A DNA stretch of 64,000 nucleotides from Candidatus Dojkabacteria bacterium HGW-Dojkabacteria-1 (GTDB lineage Bacteria > Patescibacteriota > Dojkabacteria > SC72): assembly GCA_002840365.1 (NCBI GenBank), contig PHAO01000001.1, positions 367,514 through 431,513 of the forward strand. The letters are read 5' to 3'. Position 1 is the first letter of the stretch, and each line of letters opens with the position of its first letter. Made by a program: the position numbers and the translations under genes. The notes beneath the pieces are model-generated. The model was not told where the DNA came from, did no database searches, and saw only the letters and a list, made by a program, of their open reading frames with translations. Shown here piece by piece: positions 19,416 through 28,599 of the stretch.

Positions 19416-20506
19416 TCCTTGCTTCCCATAGGTTTAATATTTTCCAAAATATATCCAAAAAGAGGATCGTTTTGTTTAGTTGAAGACATTACATAAACAA
19501 TTCCATTAAAGCTATTTGGTAACATTATAATTTCCATATTTTTATCATTTGAAACAATATTCCCTCGTAAGGAGAGATAATCTCTAAAACCTGTTGGGAT
19601 AGTATTCATAACAGAATATTTAATTTCTTCTGTACTTTTAATTTTACAGTAATCATTAAGCATAAAATCTAACTCTTTGGAACCTATTTTACTTAATGGA
19701 TATATTTCAATAATATCGTTACTTCCTAATTTTTGAAATGAAACGGCTCTTAAATCTTTGTTATCTGTAGCTGAATATTTGATAATATACTCCTTTGGTA
19801 TTTGTATTTTCCAAGGGTAGTCTGGTAACAAATCTTGTTTTTCACTACTTGCCATTAACATTTCTCTTTCTATTTCATCTTGTACCCTATTAGCAAGTGC
19901 TGTTTTAGCTTCTTCTTCTGTAATAGTTTCGTACCAAATATCCTTAAATTTTGAATATATCCTCAACCCTTTTCCATCTTTAACCCAGTATTGACCATAT
20001 TTCTTGTCTTCTGTTCCAAGGGGTATTTCTGCGACTAATTCCCAACCTTTACCTGAAAGTATTTCTTTGTAATATTCTTCAATATCTTCAATACTTGCTC
20101 TTACAAGTAACCTATATGCGGAATTACCTCCAGACAAAAATTCTTTTACTACAGAATCTTCAAGATTGTTTTTAAAGATGAACTCTGTACCTGGATACTC
20201 TGGTATATTTTCTAATCCAACAACATCTCCAACAATGTAGTTTTCCTCATTTACAGCGCTACTTCTCATAAAGGTTACATATCTAATAGAAATGTAAACA
20301 AAACCTAAGAAAAGTATTGCTAATACAGGAAGGACTAAAATCTTTAAATTGATTTGTACTTTTCTTCTGTTTCCATATTTATTCTTTTCAAAAAGTTTTG
20401 GGAATTGAAATTTCCGTTTTCTCTTAACAATCTGAGGACGATTGTTTTTTATTTTGGGCATTATTACTGGACTGGCAGATTTTTTCTTACCCTTTATAAG
20501 TTTCAT
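19412..20506 (-). CDS. Hypothetical membrane-anchored protein (basic N-terminus, single TM)
   Basis: Long ORF with coding-like composition; no recognisable domain. Confidence 0.4.
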   Translation of the reverse strand: MKLIKGKKKSASPVIMPKIKNNRPQIVKRKRKFQFPKLFEKNKYGNRRKVQINLKILVLPVLAILFLGFVYISIRYVTFMRSSAVNEENYIVGDVVGLENIPEYPGTEFIFKNNLEDSVVKEFLSGGNSAYRLLVRASIEDIEEYYKEILSGKGWELVAEIPLGTEDKKYGQYWVKDGKGLRIYSKFKDIWYETITEEEAKTALANRVQDEIEREMLMASSEKQDLLPDYPWKIQIPKEYIIKYSATDNKDLRAVSFQKLGSNDIIEIYPLSKIGSKELDFMLNDYCKIKSTEEIKYSVMNTIPTGFRDYLSLRGNIVSNDKNMEIIMLPNSFNGIVYVMSSTKQNDPLFGYILENIKPMGSKD

Positions 20507-20575
20507 TTTAATAGGTTACTGTGAATATACAAAGATTTCAATTATTATATTTCGTGTAGTATAATATTGTGCTTT

Positions 20576-20646
20576 TGCGGGATCGTCTAATGGTAGGACA
20601 CCGGCCTTTGAAGCCGTGAATCATAGTTCGAGTCTATGTCCCGCAA
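20576..20646 (+). tRNA. tRNA-Gln (anticodon UUG)
   Basis: Acceptor TGCGGGA/TCCCGCA with U1:A72 typical of bacterial tRNA-Gln, anticodon loop CTTTGAA, T-arm CATAG-TTCGAGT-CTATG. Confidence 0.8.
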
Positions 20647-20647
20647 G

Positions 20648-21397
20648 TTATTTTCTGTATCTATGTGCAATCTCTATCCTTCTTCTTAGAAATTCATTTT
20701 TATCTAAAAAGGCAATAGATATTTCACTTCCTTTCTTTAGAACAAGCTCTAAACCTTCATCTAATATCTCAGATTCCACATTTGTTAAGTAGATTCTTGC
20801 CCCATTACTTTTTATTCTTACTTCTTCAAATGGAACTATATCATTTAAGAACCTATTGCATACAACACCAGTTATAGAGAGTAAACATGAATCTAATGGC
20901 AAAATTCTGCCATTATTATTGTAATTGAATGCTGTAGAGCCTATTGTAGTACTTACACATATTCCAGAACCCTTAACTTCAAATTCTTGAAAATCACCAG
21001 TAGATGTGGAGAGGGAGAATGTATGATATCCAGTTAATTTATCTCCTAATATTACATCATTTACGGCTTCTCCAAGTTTCTTACCATCAAGGAATGCCCT
21101 TATTGCATGAGTTTTGAATATATCTATCTTTACCCTATCATTAAGTAAATCATTAATAAATTTCTCGTCATCATCAATTTTGTTCATTAAGAAATTGAAT
21201 GTTCCTAAAGCTTTACCAATGTATGGTATTTGTGAATCTATTGTGTCATGTATTGCTCCTAACATAGCGCCATCTCCTCCAGCAACTAAATATATTTGTG
21301 GATTTTTTTCATCTAAAAGAGTAGGGAATTTTGATTCAATCAAAGTATTAAAATCTTTTACTCTTTTGTCTTTATTTTGTAAGTATCTAATTCTCAC
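20648..21397 (-). CDS. nadK: NAD(+) kinase
   Basis: GGDGAMLGAI (GGDGT-type motif), NDVIL..., DGxxxSTxxGSTAY-like block (TIGSTAFNYNNNG). Confidence 0.75.
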   Translation of the reverse strand: MRIRYLQNKDKRVKDFNTLIESKFPTLLDEKNPQIYLVAGGDGAMLGAIHDTIDSQIPYIGKALGTFNFLMNKIDDDEKFINDLLNDRVKIDIFKTHAIRAFLDGKKLGEAVNDVILGDKLTGYHTFSLSTSTGDFQEFEVKGSGICVSTTIGSTAFNYNNNGRILPLDSCLLSITGVVCNRFLNDIVPFEEVRIKSNGARIYLTNVESEILDEGLELVLKKGSEISIAFLDKNEFLRRRIEIAHRYRK

Positions 21398-21449
21398 AGA
21401 AGCTATTATATCAGAGTGTTTACATTTTTATATACAAAAAGTGTGCATA

Positions 21450-21498
21450 TGGTATAATGTAGGGTCTATGTTAAGAAAGGTATTAAGCAATTAATACC
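21450..21498 (+). promoter_or_regulatory. Extended -10 promoter (TGGTATAAT) and perfect 5'-leader hairpin GGTATTAA-GCAA-TTAATACC upstream of RRM gene
   Basis: Seen directly in sequence ~60-110 nt upstream of ATG at 21560. Confidence 0.4.
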
Positions 21499-21559
21499 CT
21501 GTGTAGGTTACCTTCATGTGTGCTTATCCGTAGTCTTTTTATTTTTTATTTATTTATAA

Positions 21560-21880
21560 ATGCAGAACAAACTTTTTGTTGGAAACCTTTCATGGGGTAC
21601 CACAGATGAGTCTTTGCTTACACTTTTCTCTGAAATTGGAGAAGTAGTTGAAGCAAAGGTAATTGTAGACAAGTTCAAGAACAGATCCAAAGGATTTGGT
21701 TTTGTTACTATGGCTACAGAAGAGTTAGCACAAGCAGCTATCGACCAATTAAATGGTAAAGAGGTTGACGGAAGAGCTATCAACGTTTCAATCGCAAAGC
21801 CTCCTAGAGAGGATGGTGGATTCAGAAACGACAGAAGAGGTAACGACAGAGGTGGTAGAAGAGATGACTTCTACAGATAA
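21560..21880 (+). CDS. RRM-type glycine/arginine-rich RNA-binding protein
   Basis: RNP2 LFVGNL, RNP1 KGFGFVTM, RGG-rich C-terminus. Confidence 0.85.
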   Translation: MQNKLFVGNLSWGTTDESLLTLFSEIGEVVEAKVIVDKFKNRSKGFGFVTMATEELAQAAIDQLNGKEVDGRAINVSIAKPPREDGGFRNDRRGNDRGGRRDDFYR

Positions 21881-21906
21881 CCTTTTGTAAGAAACTGAAA
21901 TCGATT

Positions 21907-21940
21907 AAAGAGCTGGGTTAAATACTCAGCTCTTTTATTT
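21907..21940. terminator. Bidirectional stem-loop terminator (AAAGAGCTG...CAGCTCTTT + T-run) overlapping uvrB stop
   Basis: 9-bp perfect stem, 11-nt loop, followed by TTATTTTAT. Confidence 0.5.
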
Positions 21941-23885
21941 TATCCCTTATTTCTGCTGCTTTTTCAAATTGAAGATTCTCTGCTGCTAGAAGCATCTTTG
22001 CTCTCAAATCCTTTATCATTAACTTCTTTTGTTTTTCTGTAAGTTTTTCAACCTCTATATCTAAAGATTTTTTCATCATATCCTCCTTTTCAACCAATCT
22101 GTCACGTATATCTTTCTGTATAGAAGTAGGTGTAATATTATTAATCTTGTTGTACTTTCTTTGATATTCCCTACGCCTATTCGTTTCACTTAATGCATAC
22201 TTCATACTCTCTGTTACTTTGTCTGCATACATAATGACTTTACCATTAACATGTCTTGCAGCTCTCCCAATAGTTTGTACCAAGCTTGTTTTTGAGCGTA
22301 GAAAACCTTCTTTGTCAGCATCCAATATTATGACTAATGAAACTTCTGGCAAATCTATTCCCTCTCTTAGTAGATTAATTCCTACTAAAACATCATACTC
22401 TCCCAGTCTTAAATTTCTTAAAATCTCTACTCTTTCAACTGTATCAATGTCTGAATGTAGATATGCCACCTTAATATTGTATTCCTTTAGATATTCAGTT
22501 AAATCTTCAGACATTCTTTTTGTTAAGGTAGTAATTAATACTCTTTCTCCGTTTTCAACGTTCTTCCTTACCTCATTTATTACATCATCAATTTGATTTT
22601 CTGTTTTTCTTACATCTATCTCTGGATCGAGAAGACCTGTAGGTCTTGTAAGTAACTCAATTACATTCTTGTTACTATCAATTATCTCCCATTCATCAGG
22701 TGTTGCAGAGAAATATATTGTATTTCCTTGCTTTTTCCTGAATTCATTGAAATTAAGAGGCCTGTTATCATATGCAGAGGGCAATCTAAAACCGTGTTCG
22801 ATTAAATTTGTCTTTCTTGCCCTATCACCATTGTACATTCCTCCAACTTGAGGAATAGTGATGTGGGATTCATCTACAAAGAGTAGGTAGTCTCCAGGGA
22901 AGTAATCTAAAAGAGTATATGGTGGTTGTCCAGTCTCTCTTCCATCGAAGTATATTGAATAGTTTTCCATACTTTTACAAAATCCAATCTCTTTCATCAT
23001 TTCCATATCATATCTAGTCTTTTGCTCTAATCTTTGAGCCTCTACCTCCTTACCAAGATTTCTTAAGAATGCGACTCTTTTACCTAAATCTCTTTCAATA
23101 TTCTCTACGGCTTTAGCCATAGTGTCTGCATCATATACAAGAGGGGTTGCAGGGAAAATGTCCAAATTATCAACTTCTCCAATCTTTTGTTTTGAAATTG
23201 GTTCAATATATACAATCCTCTCTATCTGATTTCCCCAGAATTCAATTTTTACCGGAAATTCTTCATATGGCATGTAAAGTTCCAGAGAATCTCCTCTAAT
23301 TAAAAATGTCCCTGGAATTAAGTCTGTTCCTTCTCTTTCATATCTTAGGAATGTAAGTTTTTGTGCTAAACCTCCAATCTCTATACTCTCTCCAACTCGT
23401 ATCTCTATAGATTTGTTCTCATAGTTTTCTGGACTCCCAATATTGTAGATACATGACACAGAAGCTACCACTATTGTATCTCTTCTAGTTCTTGCTGCAT
23501 TCATTGCACTTAACCTTAGTTTCTCTATCTCTTCATTCACCTCAGATTCCTTTTCAATATACAAATCTCTAGAAGGAATATATGCCTCTGGTTGGTAGTA
23601 ATCATAGTAGGAGACAAAATATTTAACAGCATTTTCTGGAAAAAACTCTTTAAATTCTTCATACAATTGAGCTGCTAATGTTTTGTTATGAGAGAGAACT
23701 AAGGTGGGTCTGTTTGTATTTGCAATTACATTTGCCATTACAAAAGTTTTACCTGAACCAGTTACACCAAGAAGAACCTGTCTGTTTTTCCCTTCAGAAA
23801 TATTTTTTTCAAGATTAGAAACAGCTCTCTGCTGATCTGGGGAGAGTTCGTACTTACTTTTTAAAAGAAATTGTTCTTGTATCAC
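21918..23885 (-). CDS. uvrB: Excinuclease ABC subunit B
   Basis: GVTGSGKTF Walker A, DESH, beta-hairpin region, C-terminal UVR coiled coil (ENLQFEKAAEIRDKIKEL). Confidence 0.95.
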   Translation of the reverse strand: MIQEQFLLKSKYELSPDQQRAVSNLEKNISEGKNRQVLLGVTGSGKTFVMANVIANTNRPTLVLSHNKTLAAQLYEEFKEFFPENAVKYFVSYYDYYQPEAYIPSRDLYIEKESEVNEEIEKLRLSAMNAARTRRDTIVVASVSCIYNIGSPENYENKSIEIRVGESIEIGGLAQKLTFLRYEREGTDLIPGTFLIRGDSLELYMPYEEFPVKIEFWGNQIERIVYIEPISKQKIGEVDNLDIFPATPLVYDADTMAKAVENIERDLGKRVAFLRNLGKEVEAQRLEQKTRYDMEMMKEIGFCKSMENYSIYFDGRETGQPPYTLLDYFPGDYLLFVDESHITIPQVGGMYNGDRARKTNLIEHGFRLPSAYDNRPLNFNEFRKKQGNTIYFSATPDEWEIIDSNKNVIELLTRPTGLLDPEIDVRKTENQIDDVINEVRKNVENGERVLITTLTKRMSEDLTEYLKEYNIKVAYLHSDIDTVERVEILRNLRLGEYDVLVGINLLREGIDLPEVSLVIILDADKEGFLRSKTSLVQTIGRAARHVNGKVIMYADKVTESMKYALSETNRRREYQRKYNKINNITPTSIQKDIRDRLVEKEDMMKKSLDIEVEKLTEKQKKLMIKDLRAKMLLAAENLQFEKAAEIRDKIKELSI

Positions 23886-23932
23886 GATATGATTTTAACA
23901 GAATATTTAATATCTGTGTTAAAATATTTCGT

Positions 23933-25729
23933 ATGCAAGAGAGAATTGTGTTAAACAAATTACCACAGGAATTAGTGAATCAAATTGCCGCAGGTGAGGT
24001 CATTGAAAGACCTGCTTCTGTTGTAAAAGAGCTAATTGACAACAGTATTGATGCAAATGCCAAGAAGGTGCAGATTAAGATTGTAAACGGAGGTATGGAT
24101 TTAATTGAAGTAAGTGATGATGGTATTGGTATTCCTAAGGAAAATATTGGAAATGTTTTTGATGCACATACTACTAGCAAGATTTCATCATTAGAGGACT
24201 TAAACAATCTTTTAACAATGGGTTTTAGAGGTGAAGCTCTCTCCACTATTGTTGCAGTTTCAAAAGTAAAACTCATATCAAAATATATGCAAGAAGAAAT
24301 TGCAAATGAAATCTTCTTCAAAGATTCTGGAGAAAAAATATTAAGAAGTGCTGCAAGAGAAGGGGGTACAGTCGTTACAGTAGAAAATATTTTTGGGAAT
24401 ATACCTGCAAGAAGGAAATTCCTTAAATCTGCACTGACAGAATACAAAAAAATATTAGAAATATTAATACCATACTTTTTAGTATATCCAAATATACACT
24501 TTACCCTTATTAAAGATTCTAAAATAGTATATGACCTTCCAGCTATTCAAAATTCAAAACCAAATTCAGTAGAAAAAGAGAGATTAAATACCCTACTTAA
24601 AGAAGAGTATGTTTCAAGAATGTTAAAAGTATTTTTTGATGGAGGGGGTACAAGGATATCTGGATTTGTTGCACATCCTTCGGATCATCAAAAAAAAGCT
24701 AGTAATCAGTATATATTTGTTAACAGAAGACCCATCAAGGATATGGGAATTTCTAGAGCTGTATATCAAGGTATGAGTAGATATATTCCACATGGAGAAA
24801 AAGTTTCATTTGTTTTACTTCTAGATATTAAACCAGACCTAGTAGATGTTAATGTTCACCCAAGAAAGGAAGAGGTTAGATTTCTTAATCCCTTTAGGGT
24901 GTATTCAGCAGTAGAAGAATCTGTAAGGAAAGCAGTGGAAAATGCTACATCATACAGGATTGAAAACAGAGATTTCGGTGTTTCAACCATTCCTCAATCA
25001 AAAGTATATGCACCAAGGGATATTTCATTTGGGAAAAGTAGGGGTAGTTCAGTTCAAGAAAGCCTTCTTTTTAGCAAAGAGGCTCTTTCTCAATCCTCAT
25101 ATGAAAGTAATACACAGATACAGAATTTCAGTACACAGGATGTTACCCCTTCTTCAATTAGAAATATCTTTCAAATATTTAATAAATATATTGTAATAGA
25201 GTTTGATGAAGAAGTTCTTTGGATTGTTGATCAACATGCTGCAGCTGAGAGAATAACTTTTGAGAAATTGAAAAAGAATCAGAAAGTAAATCTAGAATTA
25301 CAAAAATTACTTGTTCCATTTGAGATAGAAATGTCAGAGATAGAAATAATTGGTATGGAGGAATTGAGAGAGTTTTTTACTAAAATTGGGTTTGAGTATG
25401 AAATACAAGACAACAAAGTATATATTTCTTCTGCCCCAGTTGAATTCATAAAGACGGATTTCAAAAGATTTTTCGAAGAAATTTTTTCTTTAAGTGATGA
25501 TATTAGAAATATTTCTAAAGAAATATTAAGATTAGAAGAAGATATATATGCAACAATGGCATGTCATGGAAGTGTAAGGAGTGGACAATTGCTTCGAAGA
25601 GAAGAAATGATTGATATATACAAAAAGTTAATTGATTGCGAGAACCCATATAGCTGTCCTCATGGTAGGCCTGCTGTATGGAAAATGAAGCTTAGTGAGA
25701 TTGATATGAATTTTGAAAGAACATACTAA
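23933..25729 (+). CDS. mutL: DNA mismatch repair protein MutL
   Basis: GHKL ATPase motifs (ELIDNSIDA, DDGIGI, GFRGEAL), C-terminal dimerisation/endonuclease region (QHAAAERI). Confidence 0.9.
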   Translation: MQERIVLNKLPQELVNQIAAGEVIERPASVVKELIDNSIDANAKKVQIKIVNGGMDLIEVSDDGIGIPKENIGNVFDAHTTSKISSLEDLNNLLTMGFRGEALSTIVAVSKVKLISKYMQEEIANEIFFKDSGEKILRSAAREGGTVVTVENIFGNIPARRKFLKSALTEYKKILEILIPYFLVYPNIHFTLIKDSKIVYDLPAIQNSKPNSVEKERLNTLLKEEYVSRMLKVFFDGGGTRISGFVAHPSDHQKKASNQYIFVNRRPIKDMGISRAVYQGMSRYIPHGEKVSFVLLLDIKPDLVDVNVHPRKEEVRFLNPFRVYSAVEESVRKAVENATSYRIENRDFGVSTIPQSKVYAPRDISFGKSRGSSVQESLLFSKEALSQSSYESNTQIQNFSTQDVTPSSIRNIFQIFNKYIVIEFDEEVLWIVDQHAAAERITFEKLKKNQKVNLELQKLLVPFEIEMSEIEIIGMEELREFFTKIGFEYEIQDNKVYISSAPVEFIKTDFKRFFEEIFSLSDDIRNISKEILRLEEDIYATMACHGSVRSGQLLRREEMIDIYKKLIDCENPYSCPHGRPAVWKMKLSEIDMNFERTY

Positions 25730-26442
25730 TGAAAAGATTTGGAACCCTCTATCTTGTACCAACATCCTTAAGTGGAAAACCTTTGAAGGAGGAACTTAAG
25801 AACTCTGATTTGAAAATATTAAGAGATTTAAAACATTTCATTGTAGAAACACCCAAAACTGCAAGAGCATATCTTGCAGGACTTGATATTGTTCTTCAGG
25901 AACTAGATATGAGAGTACTAGATGAACATACTCGAAGTAAGGATATTTCATATCTATTAGAACCTTTAATACAGGGGAATGATGTAGGTTTAATGAGTGA
26001 TGCAGGGACTCCAGCAGTTGCAGATCCAGGCAGTCTTGTAGTAAGAGAGTGCCACAAAATTGGGATAAAGGTAGTGCCTCTCGTTGGTCCTTCCTCAATA
26101 TTGTTAGCACTAATGTCATCTGGTATGAACGGTCAACAATTTTGTTTTAATGGTTATCTACCAAGAGATCCAAACAAAAGAAAGGCAAAGATAAAGCAGT
26201 TGGAAAGAGAATCACTCAGAAGAAATATGTCTCAAATCTTCATAGAAGCCCCATATCGTAATAGTTCGCTCTTTAAAGATATCATTCAAGTCTGCAATCC
26301 AAATACAGACTTGTGTTTAGCAGTAGATATTACCGGAGAAAAAGAATATATTAAAACACAAAGTATAAAAGAATGGAGATTAGAGAAAGATATTAAGATA
26401 CTTGATATTCCAATGATATATATAATATTAGCAAATAGATAA
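25729..26442 (+). CDS. rsmI: Tetrapyrrole-methylase-family rRNA 2'-O-methyltransferase (RsmI-like)
   Basis: GTLYLVPT... N-terminus and GLMSDAGTPAVADPGSLVV / PLVGPSSILLALMSSG blocks typical of RsmI. Confidence 0.65.
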   Translation: MKRFGTLYLVPTSLSGKPLKEELKNSDLKILRDLKHFIVETPKTARAYLAGLDIVLQELDMRVLDEHTRSKDISYLLEPLIQGNDVGLMSDAGTPAVADPGSLVVRECHKIGIKVVPLVGPSSILLALMSSGMNGQQFCFNGYLPRDPNKRKAKIKQLERESLRRNMSQIFIEAPYRNSSLFKDIIQVCNPNTDLCLAVDITGEKEYIKTQSIKEWRLEKDIKILDIPMIYIILANR

Positions 26443-28592
26443 TGAAAATAACTAAGAAATTTTTGTTAATATTTTCAGCGGTAATCTTTACACTTGGACT
26501 TTTAGGATTTGGTATATATAAATATATTGAAGACAGGGAATATCAGAAAGCTTCTCCATACGATGTATTGATATCAGATATATATGCAAACTCTGTAACA
26601 ATTTCTTGGAAAACAGATGTAGATACAGCCTCATATATAAAGATTGGAAAAAGTGAAAAGCTTTGGGGGGAAGAAGAAAGAAGTAAATTCCATAGAATTA
26701 GATTACAAGGACTAAAAGAACTGAGCGAATACTCTTTTAGTATTTCCGATGGGAAACGTGTATGGCAAGAACCTCTTAACAATTCTAATGAGCTTAAGGA
26801 ATATGTTCTCAAGGAGTTTAAATTCTCTACTACTGAATCAAAAGAGGAAATTCTTCTCCCAGAGGTAGAGGAATTAAATGTATTACCAAACGAAATTGTA
26901 TATATAGTGTTGGAGAAAGATGGAACTAATCAAAAATCAGAGATAAGGAGTTTTACAGCTAATAGGTTTGGAGGAATAGCAGTTGATGTTAACGGATTTG
27001 ATATAGGGAAAAATGGAGAAAAAGCTAAGATTAAAAATATTGAGTATATATCTGCAAAGAGAGAAAACAAATCTTTAATTCCAATCCTTTACTCTTCAGA
27101 AATTAATTGTAATCAAAATGTTTCTAATCAATCATTTGATGGTCTTAGTAAGGATAAATTTGCAGAATTAGCTACTAGATGGGTTGCAGGCAGAGGAAAG
27201 AACTATGCGAAGGAGTGCTACAACGATGTAATTTACAAAGCAAAGAAAGAGGGAGTTGATCCTGGGTTTGCACTCACAATTTGGTTAAACGAATCTGGAG
27301 CCAGCAACTACACCCAAAACATGAGTATCTATGGAATGGTAGAAGACTTTGGTATCCACGGATTAGCATCCGTACCACCTCAGAATTTTAGTAAACAGAT
27401 AGATCATTTCCTTAAGCTAAGTCATAGTTATCAATGTCCTGGACTTTCTGCATGGGAAGCATGGGGTAATATATATAGATGGGGAAATTGTAATGAGAAT
27501 GATCCAGTAAAAAGACAGGTTGGAATCGACTATTACAAAGGAATAGAGAATGTATATGGCTGGGTTACAAATGGTAGAAAATTACCAACCAAAGTTACAG
27601 GGTTACCTAAATCAGACGATGGTGGAGGAGATGAAGGAGGATGGGGAAATGTTGAAGGTCCTCTTTGTTGTGCCTTAAAGATTGATAACAAGGATGAATT
27701 TCAAGGTGATTTTGAGAACAATGTGGCGGGTAAAACATGTGAACAAGTGTGGGTAGTAGGTAGAAATCTATATGGTGGGAAACTCGAATATTCTGTAGAA
27801 ATCAAGGATAGGGTTGCTGAAGCATGCGAAGTAAAATACGAAGGAGTATGTTGTCAATTACAAAACGATATTAAATGGTGGCCAAAAATCAATTGTTCAA
27901 AAGCTGTTCCAAACATTACCTCAAATCAAGCATGTAAAGAATATGCAAATGATAGGGCTTGTTTCTTTAGGGAAGGTAAATATCAATGGTTACCTAAAAG
28001 TATTGGAAATGACTCTGTTGAAGGTGTAACTACACAATCTCAATGTGATTCCAGAAACAAACTCTCTCAATACAAAGTATCACTTCAAAAAGGTATTAAT
28101 TTTGTAGGTTTTGATTTTTCTCCAACATATCAAGCAAGTACAATGTATGCTTCAAAATTGATTGAAAACAATCCCGATATTCTTTTGATTGGAAATTTTG
28201 AAGGATATGGTTGGAAAGATTTAATAAAGAAATCAGAAAAACTACCTTTTGCAGGAAATGATTTCTTCTTTGAACAAAACAAAGGATATTTAATTATTAC
28301 AACAGATGCTACTACAATTGAATTTGATGGATGGAGAGATTCTTCCTCTAAGTATTCTAAGCTAAATGATGGATGGAATTTAGTAGGAGGTACACTTTAC
28401 ACTAAATCCTTTAGGGCCTCTTCCTTAATCCAATCACTTTCAAAAGAAAATATAGAGGTTGATACAATTGGTACATGGGCAACAGACTTAGGAAGATTTA
28501 ATTATCGCAAAGAAGAAGGTACAAACATATATGGAGAAGATATCGTTTTAAAGAATAACGAGGGGATATTTTTAAAGAATAAAGTGAAGTAA
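26442..28592 (+). CDS. Large Cys-rich surface protein A: N-terminal TM + FN3-like domain, lysozyme/GH73-like segment, shared C-terminal domain
   Basis: TM at N-term; VTISWKTD FN3-like; IWLNESGASNY; many Cys pairs; C-terminal GINFVGFDFSP...GWNLVGG block paralogous to 34430..37345. Confidence 0.5.
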   Translation: MKITKKFLLIFSAVIFTLGLLGFGIYKYIEDREYQKASPYDVLISDIYANSVTISWKTDVDTASYIKIGKSEKLWGEEERSKFHRIRLQGLKELSEYSFSISDGKRVWQEPLNNSNELKEYVLKEFKFSTTESKEEILLPEVEELNVLPNEIVYIVLEKDGTNQKSEIRSFTANRFGGIAVDVNGFDIGKNGEKAKIKNIEYISAKRENKSLIPILYSSEINCNQNVSNQSFDGLSKDKFAELATRWVAGRGKNYAKECYNDVIYKAKKEGVDPGFALTIWLNESGASNYTQNMSIYGMVEDFGIHGLASVPPQNFSKQIDHFLKLSHSYQCPGLSAWEAWGNIYRWGNCNENDPVKRQVGIDYYKGIENVYGWVTNGRKLPTKVTGLPKSDDGGGDEGGWGNVEGPLCCALKIDNKDEFQGDFENNVAGKTCEQVWVVGRNLYGGKLEYSVEIKDRVAEACEVKYEGVCCQLQNDIKWWPKINCSKAVPNITSNQACKEYANDRACFFREGKYQWLPKSIGNDSVEGVTTQSQCDSRNKLSQYKVSLQKGINFVGFDFSPTYQASTMYASKLIENNPDILLIGNFEGYGWKDLIKKSEKLPFAGNDFFFEQNKGYLIITTDATTIEFDGWRDSSSKYSKLNDGWNLVGGTLYTKSFRASSLIQSLSKENIEVDTIGTWATDLGRFNYRKEEGTNIYGEDIVLKNNEGIFLKNKVK

Positions 28593-28599
28593 GGTTGCT

